This document shows positions 41,509 to 57,281 of a DNA stretch of 64,000 nucleotides, piece after piece. The notes below the pieces were generated by a model. The model saw nothing but the letters and a program-made list of their open reading frames with translations. It was not told the DNA's origin and did not search any database. A program made the translations under genes and the position numbers. The stretch lies in NCBI RefSeq assembly GCF_009914755.1, contig NC_060927.1; one strand, given 5' to 3'. This DNA comes from the human T2T-CHM13v2.0 reference genome, Homo sapiens. Every line of letters begins with the position of its first letter. The first letter of the stretch is position 1.

Positions 41509-42374
41509 ATGTGTATTATTTGTTCTAAATGTATTTTCTGTCCCAACTTAGACCAACAGCCTCAGAATCCATATCAATGAGTAGTCAGGGAAAGACCTCG
41601 TTTCTCCATTAGCAGTCATAGAATATCTTTGATTATACTAGAACAAAACCATAGTTATTAGCCTAGCAGACAGAAGAGGAGGTTGGGGAAGATACCAAAC
41701 TGGCAGGCTGGGGGAAGTGGGGAATGTAACATTGTCTATAAAGAGAAAGGCCCCTGCAGCATCTTTAAGGGGGGAGTGATAGCATTTCTGTAGGCTCAGA
41801 CTCCAGAGAAATTTGGGGGACTAAATATTTTCATATGTGTCAACACAGATTCCTTATCCCATGTACCAGATTTTCCATTATTTCCCAAACAGGACTCTCA
41901 AGTATAGCATAGCCAACTAACCTTGGCTGTAACTTTTAAACTTTTTTTGGAATTTGGCTACTAAGAATAAAAAACTGGGCCTGGGCCTCAGCATTTTCTA
42001 TTTTTTAGTACAGGATACCCAAGCCTTTTTGTATGCTGCCAACAAGACCCTCTGCTTTCACACTAAAATTTAATTGTTAATTAATGACTCTCAACTTTTT
42101 GTTATCTTTTCCCAGAACTTCAACTGAGTTTGGCAATATCAATTTAATTTCATTGTCTTCATAGGTACTACTTTATTCACATTTATCAAATATCTGATAT
42201 ATCTACCAACTAATGCATACTCCTCCATTGATAGAGCATCTCAGTTCACCCTGGTGAACAACTGCACTGCTGCTTTGTCCCAGGTGATTATTTGTTCTTC
42301 CTGTATGAATAATAGGTCAAGCTCCAAAATCTTAGTATCTGCTTTGTTATACTTTCTTACCATGGACCATCACC
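40630..42374 (-). mobile_element. ERVL internal sequence (ERV3-16A3_I-like), decayed gag and 3' part
   Basis: Directly abuts the LTR16A end; its minus-strand start aaagcagatactaagattttggagcttga resembles the recalled ERV3-16A3 leader; gatcaggatcaattaccc ERVL motif. Confidence 0.7.
41474..41505. repeat. (TG)n microsatellite
   Basis: Direct reading. Confidence 0.95.
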
Positions 42375-42420
42375 TGTCATAGGTAGAGTTTGCCAAGAAC
42401 AGACATTAAAATGGATAGTA

Positions 42421-45400
42421 AGAGGGGATTGAGATGGCAGATAGGAGGCTGGACTAGCTTGCAGTTCCTTCTTGGTCAGACAGAGCAGCATGTGGAGACT
42501 CACATTGTGAACTTTTGCTACAAGAACTACTGAAGGAACATGCCAGGAAAGCTGAGAGAATTCACAGACCCTTTGAAGGAACTGGATCACCACTGCAGGC
42601 TCCCTGAGATGCCAAAAAACAGTGAGTGTGTTTGCATTCTCAATAGGGAGGCTCATGATCTGGGGTAAGTTCTCAGCCCTGATCACTGGCTGCCTGGAAA
42701 TAGACTTGGTGCTGTTGGGGAGACACAGTGGGAGTGAGACTGGCCTTTAGGACTGTAGGCTGTGTGGGAGTAGGATGAGGCCTATGACTGCCAGCTTTCC
42801 CCCACTTCCCTGGTGACCTCTATGACTCAGAAGAGGCAGCCATAATCCCTTTAGGAACATAACTCCCTTGGACTGGGAACGACACCACCATCCCCAACAG
42901 CAACTGTATCAGCAAGCCCTGCCCAAAGAGAGGCTAAGCTCAGACAAGCCTATTCCTGCCTCCACCTGATGGTCTTTCTTTACCCACCCTGTTAGCCAAA
43001 AACAAAGGTCATAATCTCTTGGGAGCTTTATAGCCCTGCCCATCACCTGAGAAACCTGCACATTTAAACAGATATCTCTAGGGCAAGTTTGCATTCTCCC
43101 TATAGGACCACAGCCAATGAATTCTTGAAAGTGCCACCTCCTGGCTAGAGGCCAACCAACACAAAACCAGTGCACTAAACAAAAACACAACCAAGGATGC
43201 TTACAGAGTCCACTTCACTCCCCTGCTAACTTCACCAAGGCAGGTGCTGGTATCCATGGCCACAAGACCTGAAGATGGATCATATCACAGGATTCTTTGC
43301 AGATACTCCCCATTACCAGCCCCAGAGCCCAGTAGATCCACTGGGTGGCTAGATCCAGAAAAGCAAAAACAATCACCATAGTTAGGCTGTCAGGAAGCCC
43401 CATTCCTAGGAGAAAGGGGAGAACACCACATCAAGGGAACACCCCATGGGATGAAAGAATCTGAACAGCAGCCTTTGACTCCCAGATCTTCCCTCTAACA
43501 GAGTCTACCCAAATGAGAAGGAACTAGAAAAACAATTCTGGTAATATGACACATCAAAGTTTTTTAACATCCCCAAACGATCATATCAGACACCAGCAAT
43601 GGAGCCAAACCAAGATGAAATATCTGAATTGCCAGAAAAAGAATTCAAAAAGTTGATTATTAAGCTAATCGAGGAGGCACCAGAGAAAGGTGAAGTCCAA
43701 CTTAAAGAAATAAAATCATGATATAGGATATGAAAGAAAAATTATTCAGTGAGATAGATAGCATAAATTTAAAATATCACAACTTCTGGAAACCAAGGAC
43801 ACACTTAGAGAAGTGTAAACTGCACTGAAAAGTCTCAGTAATAGAATCAAACAAGCAAAAGAAAAGAACCTCATAGTTTGAACACAAGGCTTTCAAATTA
43901 ACCCAAATCATCAAAGACAAAAAAAAAAGAATTTTTTTTTAAATGAACACAGCCTCCAGGAAGTCTGGGTCTATGTTAAATGTCCAAACCTAAGAATAAT
44001 TGGAGTTTCCAAGGAAGAAGAGAAATTTAAAACTTTGGAAAACATATTTGAGGGAATAATTGAGGAAAACTTCCCTGACTTTGCTAAAGATCTAGACATC
44101 CAGATACAAGAAGCTCAAAGAACACCTGGGAAATTCATCACATAAAGATCATTGCCTAGGCACGTAGTCATCAGGTTATCAAAAGTCAAGACAAAGGAAA
44201 GAATCTTAAGAGCTGTGAGGCAAAAGCACCTGGTAACTTATAAAGGAAAACCTATCAGATGAACAGCAGATTTCTCAACAGAAACCCTACAAGCTAGGAG
44301 GGATTGGGGTCCTATTTTTAGCCTCCTTAAACAAAACAATTTTCAGCCAACTATTTTGCATCCAGTGAAACCAGGCTTCATAAATGAAGGAAATATACAA
44401 TCTTTTCCAGACAAATAAATGCTGAGAGAATTCACCACTATCAAGCCAGCACTACAAGAACTGCTAAAAGTACCTCTAAATCTTGAAACAAATCCTCAAA
44501 ATACACCAAAATAGAACTCCCTTAAAGCATAAGTGTCACAGGACTTATATAACAATAACACAATGAAAAAAAAAACAGATATTCAGGCAACAAATAGTAT
44601 GATGAATAGAATAGTGCCTCACATCTCAATACTAACATTGAATGTAAGTGGCCTAAATGCTCCACTTAAAAGATACAGAATAGCAGAATGGATAAGAATT
44701 CAAAAACCAAGTTTCTGCTGTCTTCAGGAGACTCACCTAACACACAAAGACTCACATAAACTTAAGGTAGAGTGGGGGAAGAAGATATTCCATGCAAATG
44801 GATACCAAAAGCAAGCAGGAGTAGCTATTCTTATATCAGACAAAACAAACTTTAAAGCAACATCAGTTAAATAAGACAAAGAGGGACATTATATAATGAC
44901 AAAAAGACTAGTTCAACAGGAAAATATCACAATTCTACATATATATGCACCTAATACTTGAGCTTCCAAATGTATAAAACAATTACTACTAGACCTAAGA
45001 AATGAGACAGATGGCAACACAATAATAATGGGGGTTTCTAATACTCCACTAACAGCACTAGACAGGTCATCAAGACAGAAAGTCAACAAAGGAAAAATGG
45101 ACTTAAACTATACTCTGCAACAAATGGACTTAATAGATATTTACAGAGCATTCTACCCAACAACTGCAGAATATACATTCTGTTCATCAGCACATGGAAC
45201 TTTCTCCAAGATAGACCATGTGATTGGCCACAAAACAAGTCTCAGTAAGTTTAAGAAAATCGAAATTTTATCACGTTCTCTCTCTGACCTCAGTGGAGTA
45301 AAATAGCATTTCCCCTGAAAACTGGAACAAGACAAGGATGTGAACTTTCACCACTTGTATTCAACTCCAAAAGGACCCCTCAAAACCGTGCAAATACATG

Positions 45401-46890
45401 AAAAGTAAATAACCTGCTCCTGAATGATCGTTGGATGAACAATAAAATCAAGATGGAAATTTTAAAATTCTTTGAACTGAACAATAATAGTGACAAAACC
45501 TATCAGAACCTCTGGGATACAGCAAAAGCAGTGCTGAGATGAAAGTTCATAGCAGTAAATGCCTACATCAAAAAGCCTGAAAAAGCACAAACAGACAATC
45601 TAAGGAGAATGGAACTGGCCCCCCATCTCACACCTTATACAAAAGTCAACTCCAGATGGATTAAGGACTTAAATCTAAGACCCAAAACCATAAAAATTTT
45701 AGAAGATAATATCAGAAAAACCCTTCTAGTTATTGGCTTAGGCAAACACTTCATGACCAAGAACTAAAAAGTAAATGCAACAAAAACAAAGATAAATAGA
45801 TGGGACTTAATTAAACTAAAAAGCTTCTGCACAGTAAAAGAAATAATCAGCAGAGTTAACAGACAACCCATAGAGTGGGAGAAAATCTTCACAACCTATA
45901 CATCCAACAAAGAAATAATATCCAGAATCTACAAATAAATCAAACAAATCAGCAAGAAAAAAAAATCCCATAAAAAGTGGGCTAAGGACATGAATATACA
46001 AATGGCCAATAAGCATATAGAAAAATACTCAACATCACTAATTATCAGATAAATGCAAATTAAAACCACAATGCAATACCACCTCACTCCTGAAAGAATG
46101 ACCATAATCGAAAAATCAAAAAAGAATGGTGTGGATGTGGTAAAAAGAGAACAATTTTACACTGTTGGTGGGAATGTAAACTAGTACAACCACTATGAAA
46201 AACAGTGTGCAGATTCCTTAAAGAACTAAAGGTAGATCTACTGTTTGATCCAGGAATCCCACTACTAGGTATCTACCCAGAGGAAGAGAAGTCATTATAA
46301 GAAAACGATACTTGCACATGCATGTTTATAGCAGCACAATTCACAATTGTAAAAATATGAAACCAGCCCAAATGCTCATCAATCAATGAGTGGATAAAGA
46401 AAATGTGATATATACATATACACACACACACACATATATACACACACATATATATATACACACACACACATACATACACACACACACACACACCATGGAA
46501 TACTACTCAGCCATAAAAAGGAACAAAACAATGGCATTTGCAGCAACCTGGATGGAATTGGAGACTATTATTCTAAATGAAGTAACTCAGGAATGGAAAA
46601 CCAAACATTGTATGTTCTCACTCACACATGGGAGCTAAGCTATGAGAATGCAAAGGCATAAGAATGGTACTTGGACTTTGGGGACTCAGGGGAAAGGGTC
46701 AGGGGTGGCAAGGGATAAAAGACTACACATTGGGTACAGCGTACACTGCTTGGGTGATGGGTGCACCAAAATCTCAGAAATCGCCACTAAAGAGCTTATT
46801 CATGTTACCAAACACCACCTGTTCCCCTAAAAAACTATTTAAATAAAAAATAAGACATTAAAAAATAAAAAATAAAAAAGTTAAAAAATT
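42421..46890 (+). mobile_element. L1PB1/L1PBa with 5' UTR, ORF1, rearranged and deleted ORF2, and 3' UTR
   Basis: Endonuclease ORF ILTLNVSGLNAPLKR...CCLQETHL and SKIDH; L1PB 3' UTR (gggtgatgggtgcaccaaaatctcagaaatc); degenerate TSD aaaatggatagta/aagatggctatta. Confidence 0.93.
46405..46492. repeat. Compound (TA)/(CA) microsatellite inside the L1
   Basis: Direct reading. Confidence 0.9.
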
Positions 46891-49012
46891 GAGATGACTT
46901 TCAAAATATGAAATCAAGATTTACTTTTAATAAAAACATTACACACACACACACACACAAAGATGGCTATTAGCACATAGCATATTAGTTAAGGAGTACA
47001 CTTAGGATAAATACCTGTGTAAGAGAAGGGAGGAAAGCTGGATTGGGCGGAGGGTTGAGCTCTGTCACAATCTCAATAAAGGCCCCAGTTGAATTCTTGG
47101 TAAGCATTTGAATGAGAATGGTTCTTCAGAATCATGCTGAGTTGGAGTGAGGGAGGCAAGCATTTATATCTTTCCATTGATGAGCTGTTGGATGCAGGCT
47201 ATCCATGGAAGGGATTGTTGCTTTGGATGAGGTAGTTTTCTTCAGTCAAGAAAATTCCCAATAAGGGTGAATCACAACAGACTATCTTCCAGTAGCACTC
47301 TCAGAGTTTAGGGAACTAAGTGCTTCATTCCTGAAAAGCAATTGCTGACACATCACATTGTGCACTACAAAGTCCAAATAAAATGTAACTGAACATTGAA
47401 TTAGATATATGATCTTTCCAATTATGTCCTGAGTAGTTGACATTTGGAAGTAGATTATATAGCACTTCTAGTCCTGGTAACTAGAAATTGTTTAAATTCA
47501 GAAAAGGAAGATTTCGACAAGAATTTTTATGTCCTTTTTCCTTCCTGTAATAAATATTCCAGTAAACCATTGCCTCTATGGGATATTAGGAGTGAGAGAT
47601 ATTCAAACTACACAAGATAAAATTTTTGCCTTAGAAAAAAATAACCATGGAAATATGCCCAACTGGTGATGTCTTCTTTCCCCAGAAAAGATCAATTAAC
47701 ATAAGGGAAATTTAGGAGCAAATTAACTGCACATAAGTTATATAATAAGGTATTATTTTATTTGCTATGCTAACATATTTCAAAATTGATACAAGAAAAT
47801 TTAAATAAATTAATGTAATTTGGATCTCTCTTTAAATTATAATTCTAGCCAAAATATGAAAAAAATTAATGTATCAGCTCCTTTGTGGTTTTGGTATTTG
47901 CACCATGTAACTCATTGTTTCTCTATGACCTCATGGTATTTAATCCTCTGACTTCATAGTCAGATTCTATAACAACTTAAATGATATTAAAAATAAAATA
48001 TTAACACTAAAAAGAAATATTAGGATTGTATAGTACAAGAATTCTCATTTTTTAAATTAAAAAACAGAGATTATGTTAGGCAAAGTCCCCGGCGTAAACA
48101 AAGATTTAGAGGAAGAATTTGGACTTTGGGACTAGAAAGAGTAAAAGATTTACCTCTGCAAATTAGGAATATTTTTCTAATTCATACTCTTCTTTTTTAA
48201 TATAGTGTTGCACATGTTCTTTTCTGCTCATATACTAACATTGTGAAAAATTATAATTTCACTTTTAAAAGATAAAATTCTTTTCTTAAATTCTTGATAA
48301 CTGCCTAAACAAACAACAGCAAAAACAATAAATATAAAATCTAAGGGGATAATAAAATTGTTATAAAAGATTCATATTTGATCACATTTAATTTAATGAC
48401 TGACTTCATAGACTGCATTTAAAAACTACAACACAACAAATTTAAAGAAGGGACTCAGACTTGTTCTAAAATAGTTGTTTGATATTTTCTTATCTTCACC
48501 ACTCTTCTTCTCACCTTCTTCCTTATTAATAGCACATCAGGAAAACTACCTCAGATCAAAGAAGAGTCAGGGAACTCAGAAGACAACTTTCAAGATATCC
48601 ACACAGTCATCTAGGTAAAAGTAATCATAACTGTTAAATTTGTGAATTATCTAATGGAAAATCCTTTAAGCAACAACAACAACAAAAAGTTTCTATGTCA
48701 GGGCTAGAGTTGCTTTCTACCTTTAAAACAATGAGACCCAAACATTTCACACATATGTTTAATAAGAAATATTAAGTGTATAATACCCCCTCTACAGTGG
48801 TGCTGATGTCTTTCAGAAACAAACATTGCTTAATTATTCAAAGGCTATAAATTTGGGGTGGCATATAGTACAAAGAGCAAAATGAGTACCCAAGTTAATA
48901 AACTACCCAATAATCTCTTCAAACAAATATACTGCACCTGTTTTTACATTTAATATCCAGAGTACATGGAAATGGCAGGAAGTAATATAGGAACTTCTAC
49001 GGTAAAATCTCA

Positions 49013-49026
49013 ATCTCTCTCTCTCC

Positions 49027-49082
<56 letters not shown>

Positions 49083-49132
49083 CACACACACATATATATG
49101 CATATATGTGTAAGATATATATATATATATAT
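49013..49132. repeat. Compound (CT)n(TA)n(CA)n microsatellite
   Basis: Direct reading. Confidence 0.93.
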
Positions 49133-50127
49133 CTCACCCTAGTCAGGCCCTGCCTATCTTCTAAGGCCTATTTTAAGTCTAATCAGTTCCTTAGGCTTGA
49201 CTTTCCACTGACCCTACTATTGCACTTCAAGTCTATGCCTTATCACTTTTTGATTGTCCTGTCAGACTTCCTCACAATTTTCAAGGTCCCTCTTGCATTG
49301 ATTTAGTCTGTACTACACTATAAGTTCCTTGAGGGTTGTGACTATGCTTTAGGCCTGTCTTGGATTACTAATAATACCTTCCAATGTTACCCCACTTTTC
49401 TCCTGCAAGGTTAGAGAATATTTAAATTTTCTTAGTGTGACAACCTTGGTCATAGCTAACAGAAGGAAGTCAAGGTGGGGGAGGGCTGTCTCAGAAGTCA
49501 ATAAAACCTGGGTCACCTACAAAACATAAGCCTATGATAAAGATATCTGTTCATTTTTAAACTATAAAGGTATATTGGGGATGATAAATTTATTCTAGCA
49601 AAATGTCTATTCCCTCTATGATATTGGTCATTTAATTTCATCTCATTCTGTTTCATTTGCCTTCAAATCATAAAACTCCTGTTTCCTTTCTGCTGGTGTA
49701 ATTTTCTCTCATTATTTACACAGGATGATTACATATTTACTCTAGAGGAGAAAGAATATATATTGAAAGACCTTTGTCATTGAACCAGCTATGGAGCTTT
49801 AATCTATTAAGAATAGCCTTTGAGTGCTGTAAATGCTTTTTATCTTTGTGTGAATTACTGTTTGGCATGCCAAGAGCAGACATCAAAAGGACCCGTAAGT
49901 TCCCCAACACTTAAGTGGCCAAGCCTTTTTGGAGTTTTCTGGTAATTCGTTGACAAAAGCCTGTTCCAAAGGCAGTCGTTAGGATTGTTCTAACTATAGG
50001 AAACACTTTGCAGGTAGGAAGGCTTCGTGGAAAGCCCTCCCCTACTGCGGCAGCACACCTCAAGTAGGAGTTGAATGACATACTCCACACTTTCCTGCTC
50101 CATAGTCTTCAACACTCACTAGCATCT

Positions 50128-50330
50128 ATTTTCTTCTTCTTCTTTTTTTTTTTTTCTTTTATTCTTTTTTTCTTTTTAAGGGACAGAGTCTTGCTTTCTC
50201 TCCTAGGCTGGAGTGTAGTGGTGTGATCATAGCTCACTACAGCCTCAAACCCTTGGACTCAAGCCCAGGCAATCCTGATGCCTCAGCCTCTGGAGGAGCT
50301 AGGCCTACAGGCACATGCCCATACCTGGCT
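50128..50330 (-). mobile_element. Alu monomer (FRAM/FAM or AluJ right arm)
   Basis: Single arm with catagctcactacagcctc and a long T-rich tail. Confidence 0.85.
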
Positions 50331-50639
50331 AAGTTATTATTAATTATTATTATTATTGTTTTTGCTCTTTCTGACAAAATCCTTTCAGGCAATAATAAGT
50401 AGGGGCCAGGATAATTTATGTTCATGAGTTCAGAAAAATGCTACCTAATTTATGTTATCTGTTCTGAACATATCTGACAAGAAAGTTTTTCTCATGAGGA
50501 TCTGTGCCTCTCCATTCCATTCCTCCCTTGACCTGTTCCTTACTTGTCTCGTGTCTTTTGCCTGAAAATCAAATCACCAGAGTCTACTCTGTTAATAACA
50601 ATCATCATCACAGTAGCTCCTATGAACCTATCTCTATAT

Positions 50640-51190
50640 TAACTTTATCATAATAGGCATAAACCGGAAATAACCCAGGATGCAAAGTAAATGAAGACTT
50701 ACTCAAGGAGTATGTACTGTATGATTCTATTTATATCAAATTCTAGAATAGACAGAACTAATCTAGGTATAAAGAAATCAGGACAGTGCTTGCCTCAAAG
50801 AATGAAGGTAGAGATTAACTAGGAAAGGATGGTAATATTACAGATGTTAATAGGGTTATTGGTTATACAAGAATATTAATTTGTCATAGCTAAGCAAATA
50901 TATACTTAAACGTTGCCCATTTTGTTGTAGGTTTTATATTAAAAGAAAATACGACAAACAGACATCCAATTCTGGTTAATAGTGTATCTGAAGTATGTAG
51001 AGGAAAGTGCCATTTGCTTTGAATTGCATTACAAAATATTTGTTAGGTGATGAACTTTAGAAGAATTGCTGTATAGATATGAAATAAAGCTAATAAAATA
51101 AGATGTTAACAACAAATGGCGTAGCCCTATGGGTGTTCACTGTAAAGTACTTTCAACTTGTGGTATGTTTGAAATGTTTCATAAACTAAT
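50640..51190 (+). mobile_element. L1MC/ME 3' UTR fragment
   Basis: tactgtatgattctatttatatcaaattctagaa...atgggtgttcactgtaaa...tttcaactt. Confidence 0.7.
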
Positions 51191-51283
51191 CATAGTGGGA
51201 AAGGGAGTGCTAGTTAATTGTTCTTGTCAGTTTATACCTAGTAAGCCTTGCTAAATTTCTGAGAATTTTTGTGCAAATACCAT

Positions 51284-51804
51284 TGTTACAGGAAAGGGAT
51301 CCCGATCCAGACCCCAAGAGAGGGTTCTTGGATCTTGCATAAGAAAGAATTCAGGGCAAGTGCACGGTGCAAAGCAAAAGCAAGTTCATTAAGAAAGTAA
51401 AGTGGTGAAAGGACAGCTGCTCCATAGACAGAGTGGGATGTACCTGAAAGTAAGAGGAAGAACGCATCCACCCTAGGTACAATGATTGCATATATGGGGA
51501 GATGTGTTCTGCTACAAGGGTTTGTGATAAAGGATTAATTTCATTAAATACTGTATTTTGCAAGAAACGGTATTATTTTCTTTAAAGCAATATTGGGAAT
51601 GCCTTTGTTATGCAGATATCGGGATATCTGGACACTCCCAAGTCTGGGTCTGTTTTAGTAAACATTATTAATCTGTTCCCTTAACCATAAACATCCAGAG
51701 TCTAGGAATGCCTAACTTTCTGGGAATGCAGCCCAGCAAGTCTCAGCCTCATTTTCCTAGCCCTCACTCAAAATGGGGTCGCTCTAGTTTGAACGCCTCT
51801 GACA
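51284..51804 (-). mobile_element. MER41 (C/D-like) solo LTR
   Basis: tgttacaggaaagggatcccgatccagaccccaagagagggttcttggatc...gaacgcctctgaca. Confidence 0.92.
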
Positions 51805-52569
51805 GTATTATTCTTTGGCTTATAGAAATTTTATGACCAAACAAGACTCCTAGTATCTCTCAGAAAAACAAGGACACTAGGTATAAGAATGATAATTACA
51901 TTATATGAATTATCTTTTACTACTATTTAGAATGACTTTATTATGTGTTAAATGAAAAATTTAAACTTGACTATTAAATTTAAATCAAAATAACTTGGCC
52001 TATGAATTAAGTCTAATTTTTGTGATGAGTTAGAATTTACCAAATAACATGTCCTAAGTGCAACCCTAAACTATGTTTTTTTAACAGTTGTAACTCCTGA
52101 TACAGAAGGTCCTGGCACCATCTGGAGTCATGACTAATCTCGTGCATTTTCCCTAGAGGACAGAATTAACACACTGATCATAATCTCTTTAGCCATAATC
52201 TCCTTTAATCTTTTACAATCTCATTAGAACGTCCCCCAAACTCTGTAATGGACCTATTGTCAACTTCATTTAATGTATCCTTTTGTAATTCGTTACCTTA
52301 AATGGAAAATTTTATCATTTTAGAAATTTGGAAAATGTAGAAAATAATGTGAGCAAATGATTTAGCTCATATTTTACCAAAGAAAATATTTTATATATTT
52401 TCTCTTTTTAAAGATCTATTTTTACTTGGAGATCTTTTCTGGGTATACTTTTGCATCACTGTTTGATCTTTTCCCCTAAATGTTATCTGAGCATTTTCAA
52501 CATGATCATACTTGTCATTATTTTTTATTATTATATAGTGTTTCTTGAAATAAAGGTATGGTTATTATC

Positions 52570-53740
<1,171 letters not shown>

Positions 53741-54878
53741 AAATGGCCTTCTCTTTCATCAAACTTTATGTTCTCAAGCCATACACGTTTCATCTAGACT
53801 CCACAATGCTAGACGTTTTAGGGGGAGTTTTTCATTTTTTTGTTTTTTAATGATATTCCTAAGGTTTGAGCAGAACACCATAAAGATCATAACATTAAAA
53901 TGAAATCAAAATTGGCCTTTTGCTTCCATTTTAGGGTTAACAGAAACACTGCAAGTTAGACTGCCAATCATCTCCCAATCAAATAAAATTCTTTGTTTTT
54001 CTTCTTTAGTTGTTATGTTTTATCTACATCCTTCTGCTATTCAGATGTTTTTCTCAAGTGACTTGGACATTGTAGTTCTCAGAAAGATCTATTTTTACCA
54101 GTATGAATGAATTGTAGCTTAAGCTGCTTCCTGGCTGAGGAAGGTAGCTATTAAAACACTAACCAATAGAGGCTGGAATATGCCCAGTGGAAAGTGAGTG
54201 TACAGGAAAGCAAGCAAGAACACTGTCAGAAAAAGGAACATTTTAATGCATTCCAATGAGGCCAAAGATGCCACTAGGGTTTGAAAGGCAACCAGTTGTG
54301 ATGAGCATCAATGACTCATGAAAACCACAATTTAGTTTACTTTACAGCTCCTGCTGCTGTTTCAGATGACTTAAGTCCTAAACTAATTAAGGAAAGTCAC
54401 AGATTTCAGTATGGCCAAAGATAGGAATTGACCTATTTCCATCGATTTTCATTTCAGTGACACAATCATTGCTGGAGGCAATCCAACTTCTGTGAGTTTG
54501 ACCTTTGTCATTAGAAAAATGAAAAAAATTAGATTTAATGATTTACAGGCTCCAATGCAGAATGATTGCTCCAAAAATAAGGTTTTCTAAAGAGAAAGAA
54601 CTTTAGCGACATTCAAAATATTTCCAATTGACACACAGAAAAGTCTTGCTGTGCATTTGGAACTCTCTATTTCCACACATATCAAGGAAGGTTCGTGATG
54701 CCAGAGTTGCATTGGAGGTTCCCAAAGACCTCCTGGTTTTCCATATGGTAGAACCAGAACAGAAAGTCTTTCTAAACCCTGGGAAGCAGAGTAGCTTAAA
54801 AGTCAGCTAACTTCCATTCTAATAGCAGCTTCTGTGGAGTGAGGACATCACAATGTAAAAATGTAATCATATCTTTAA

Positions 54879-55804
<926 letters not shown>

Positions 55805-56627
55805 GTGGTTTTTGTGTATACTGTTTTTAGTTTCCCGGAAATGCTTTTTTAAATTCAAATATTGTGTGCTAAGATCCCTACCTGTCGAATTTAGTTGTAG
55901 TTCATTAATTGTTCACTGCTGTATAATATTCTACTGTGTGAATATACTGCACTTCATGTATTCATTTTCTCATGGAGAGCAATTTGGGGTGTTTCCAGAT
56001 CAGTTGTTTTCCTGTGGCAGAGAGAGTACAGAGAGTACTGCTATCAATATTTTTGTACAGGTATCCAAGTACCTACAGTTAAACTGTAAGTAGAATGGCT
56101 GAGTCATAGGGTACACAAATGTTGAACTTTATAGACAATACAAGTTGTCTTCCAAAGAAGTTGTACCAATGTGTACTGCCACCAACATTGTAGAAGAGAT
56201 TGTATTGATCACCACTCTCTCCATCTCTTAGCAATCAATGTAAGACAATTTTTTCCAATCACATATTGGATATACATGTTCTTCATGTTAATCTTCTTTG
56301 GATCTTTATATATGTTATGAATATCTTCTTCTAGTTTTACCTTTTTTTTTTTTACTTTCTAAAAGGCATCTTTTGATGAACTATGCTTTATATTAATGTA
56401 ATATAATTTACCAAGTCATTTTCTTTCCTGGTTATCGCTGTTTGTATCTTGTTTTCAAAAGTCTGCTCCATCCAAGATTAGAAATATTTTATACTAGAAT
56501 TTCTTCCAAAATCTTTAATTTTGCTTTTGACCTTAATACACGTGGAGTTGATTTTGGTTATGTGACATACCATGAACTGAAGCCATTTTTCCGCCTCCAT
56601 ATGGCTTATCAAGTATTTTCAGCTCTA

Positions 56628-56947
56628 TTTTTTTTATTGTGTTTTTTTGTTGAGACCACGTCTCAGTGTGTTGCCCCGGGTGGAGTGCAGTGGCACGAGA
56701 TCTCAGCTCACTACAACCTCCACCTCCTGGGTTCAAGTGATTCTCCTGCCTCAGCCTCTGGAGTAGCTGGGACACTACAGGCGTGGGCCACAACGTCTGG
56801 CTACATTTTTTTTTTTTTTTTTTTTTTTGGTAGAGAGAAGGTTTCACCATGTTGACCAAACTGGTCTCAAAACTCCTGACCTAAGTGATTCACCTGCCTC
56901 GGCCTCCCAAAGTGCTGAAATTATAGGCATGACCACCATGCCTGGCC
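56628..56947 (-). mobile_element. AluS with an expanded middle A-tract
   Basis: Dimer; TSD tcagctct(a/c)ttttt. Confidence 0.94.
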
Positions 56948-57281
56948 TCAGCTCTCTTTTTTAATAGTCCTTCCTTTTTCAATAATCTACTATGTCATCT
57001 CTGTTACATATCAAAGTTCCATATATGCTTGGATTATTTCTAAGTTCTATTGATTGATTTCTCTATCCCTGCATCTATACTGTATTCTTAATTGCTATAG
57101 CTACATTGTAAGTATTTTTATCTTGTAAAACAAGTCTCCCTTTTTCATTTTTCTTCTCTAACAGCATTTTGGCAATTTAAATGGAAGACAAGAGGGCAAT
57201 TATAAGCCCTCTCATCTTCATTTAAATTTTAGAATTATATTGTCAAGTTTTTAAGATAACCTTGATGGAATTTTTAATTGA

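Larger units (their letters stand above)
42375..47368 (-). mobile_element. LTR16A-like LTR (42375-42420 plus 46961-47368), split by the L1PB insertion
   Basis: tgtcataggtagagttt...cagaca on the left continues as agatggctattagcac...gattgggcggaggg...ttcattcctgaa...actaca. Confidence 0.8.

Noticed and set aside
44533-45306. L1 endonuclease ORFs as a functional gene
   Set aside because: Interrupted by stops and frameshifts; a dead L1PB
45600-45612. L1 ORF2 deletion read as a spliced GT-AG intron
   Set aside because: From the recalled consensus the donor and acceptor contexts are weak, and AGG microhomology explains the junction equally well
54268-54285. CTCF-like gccactagggtt
   Set aside because: Lacks the 3' GGC of the core; weak match
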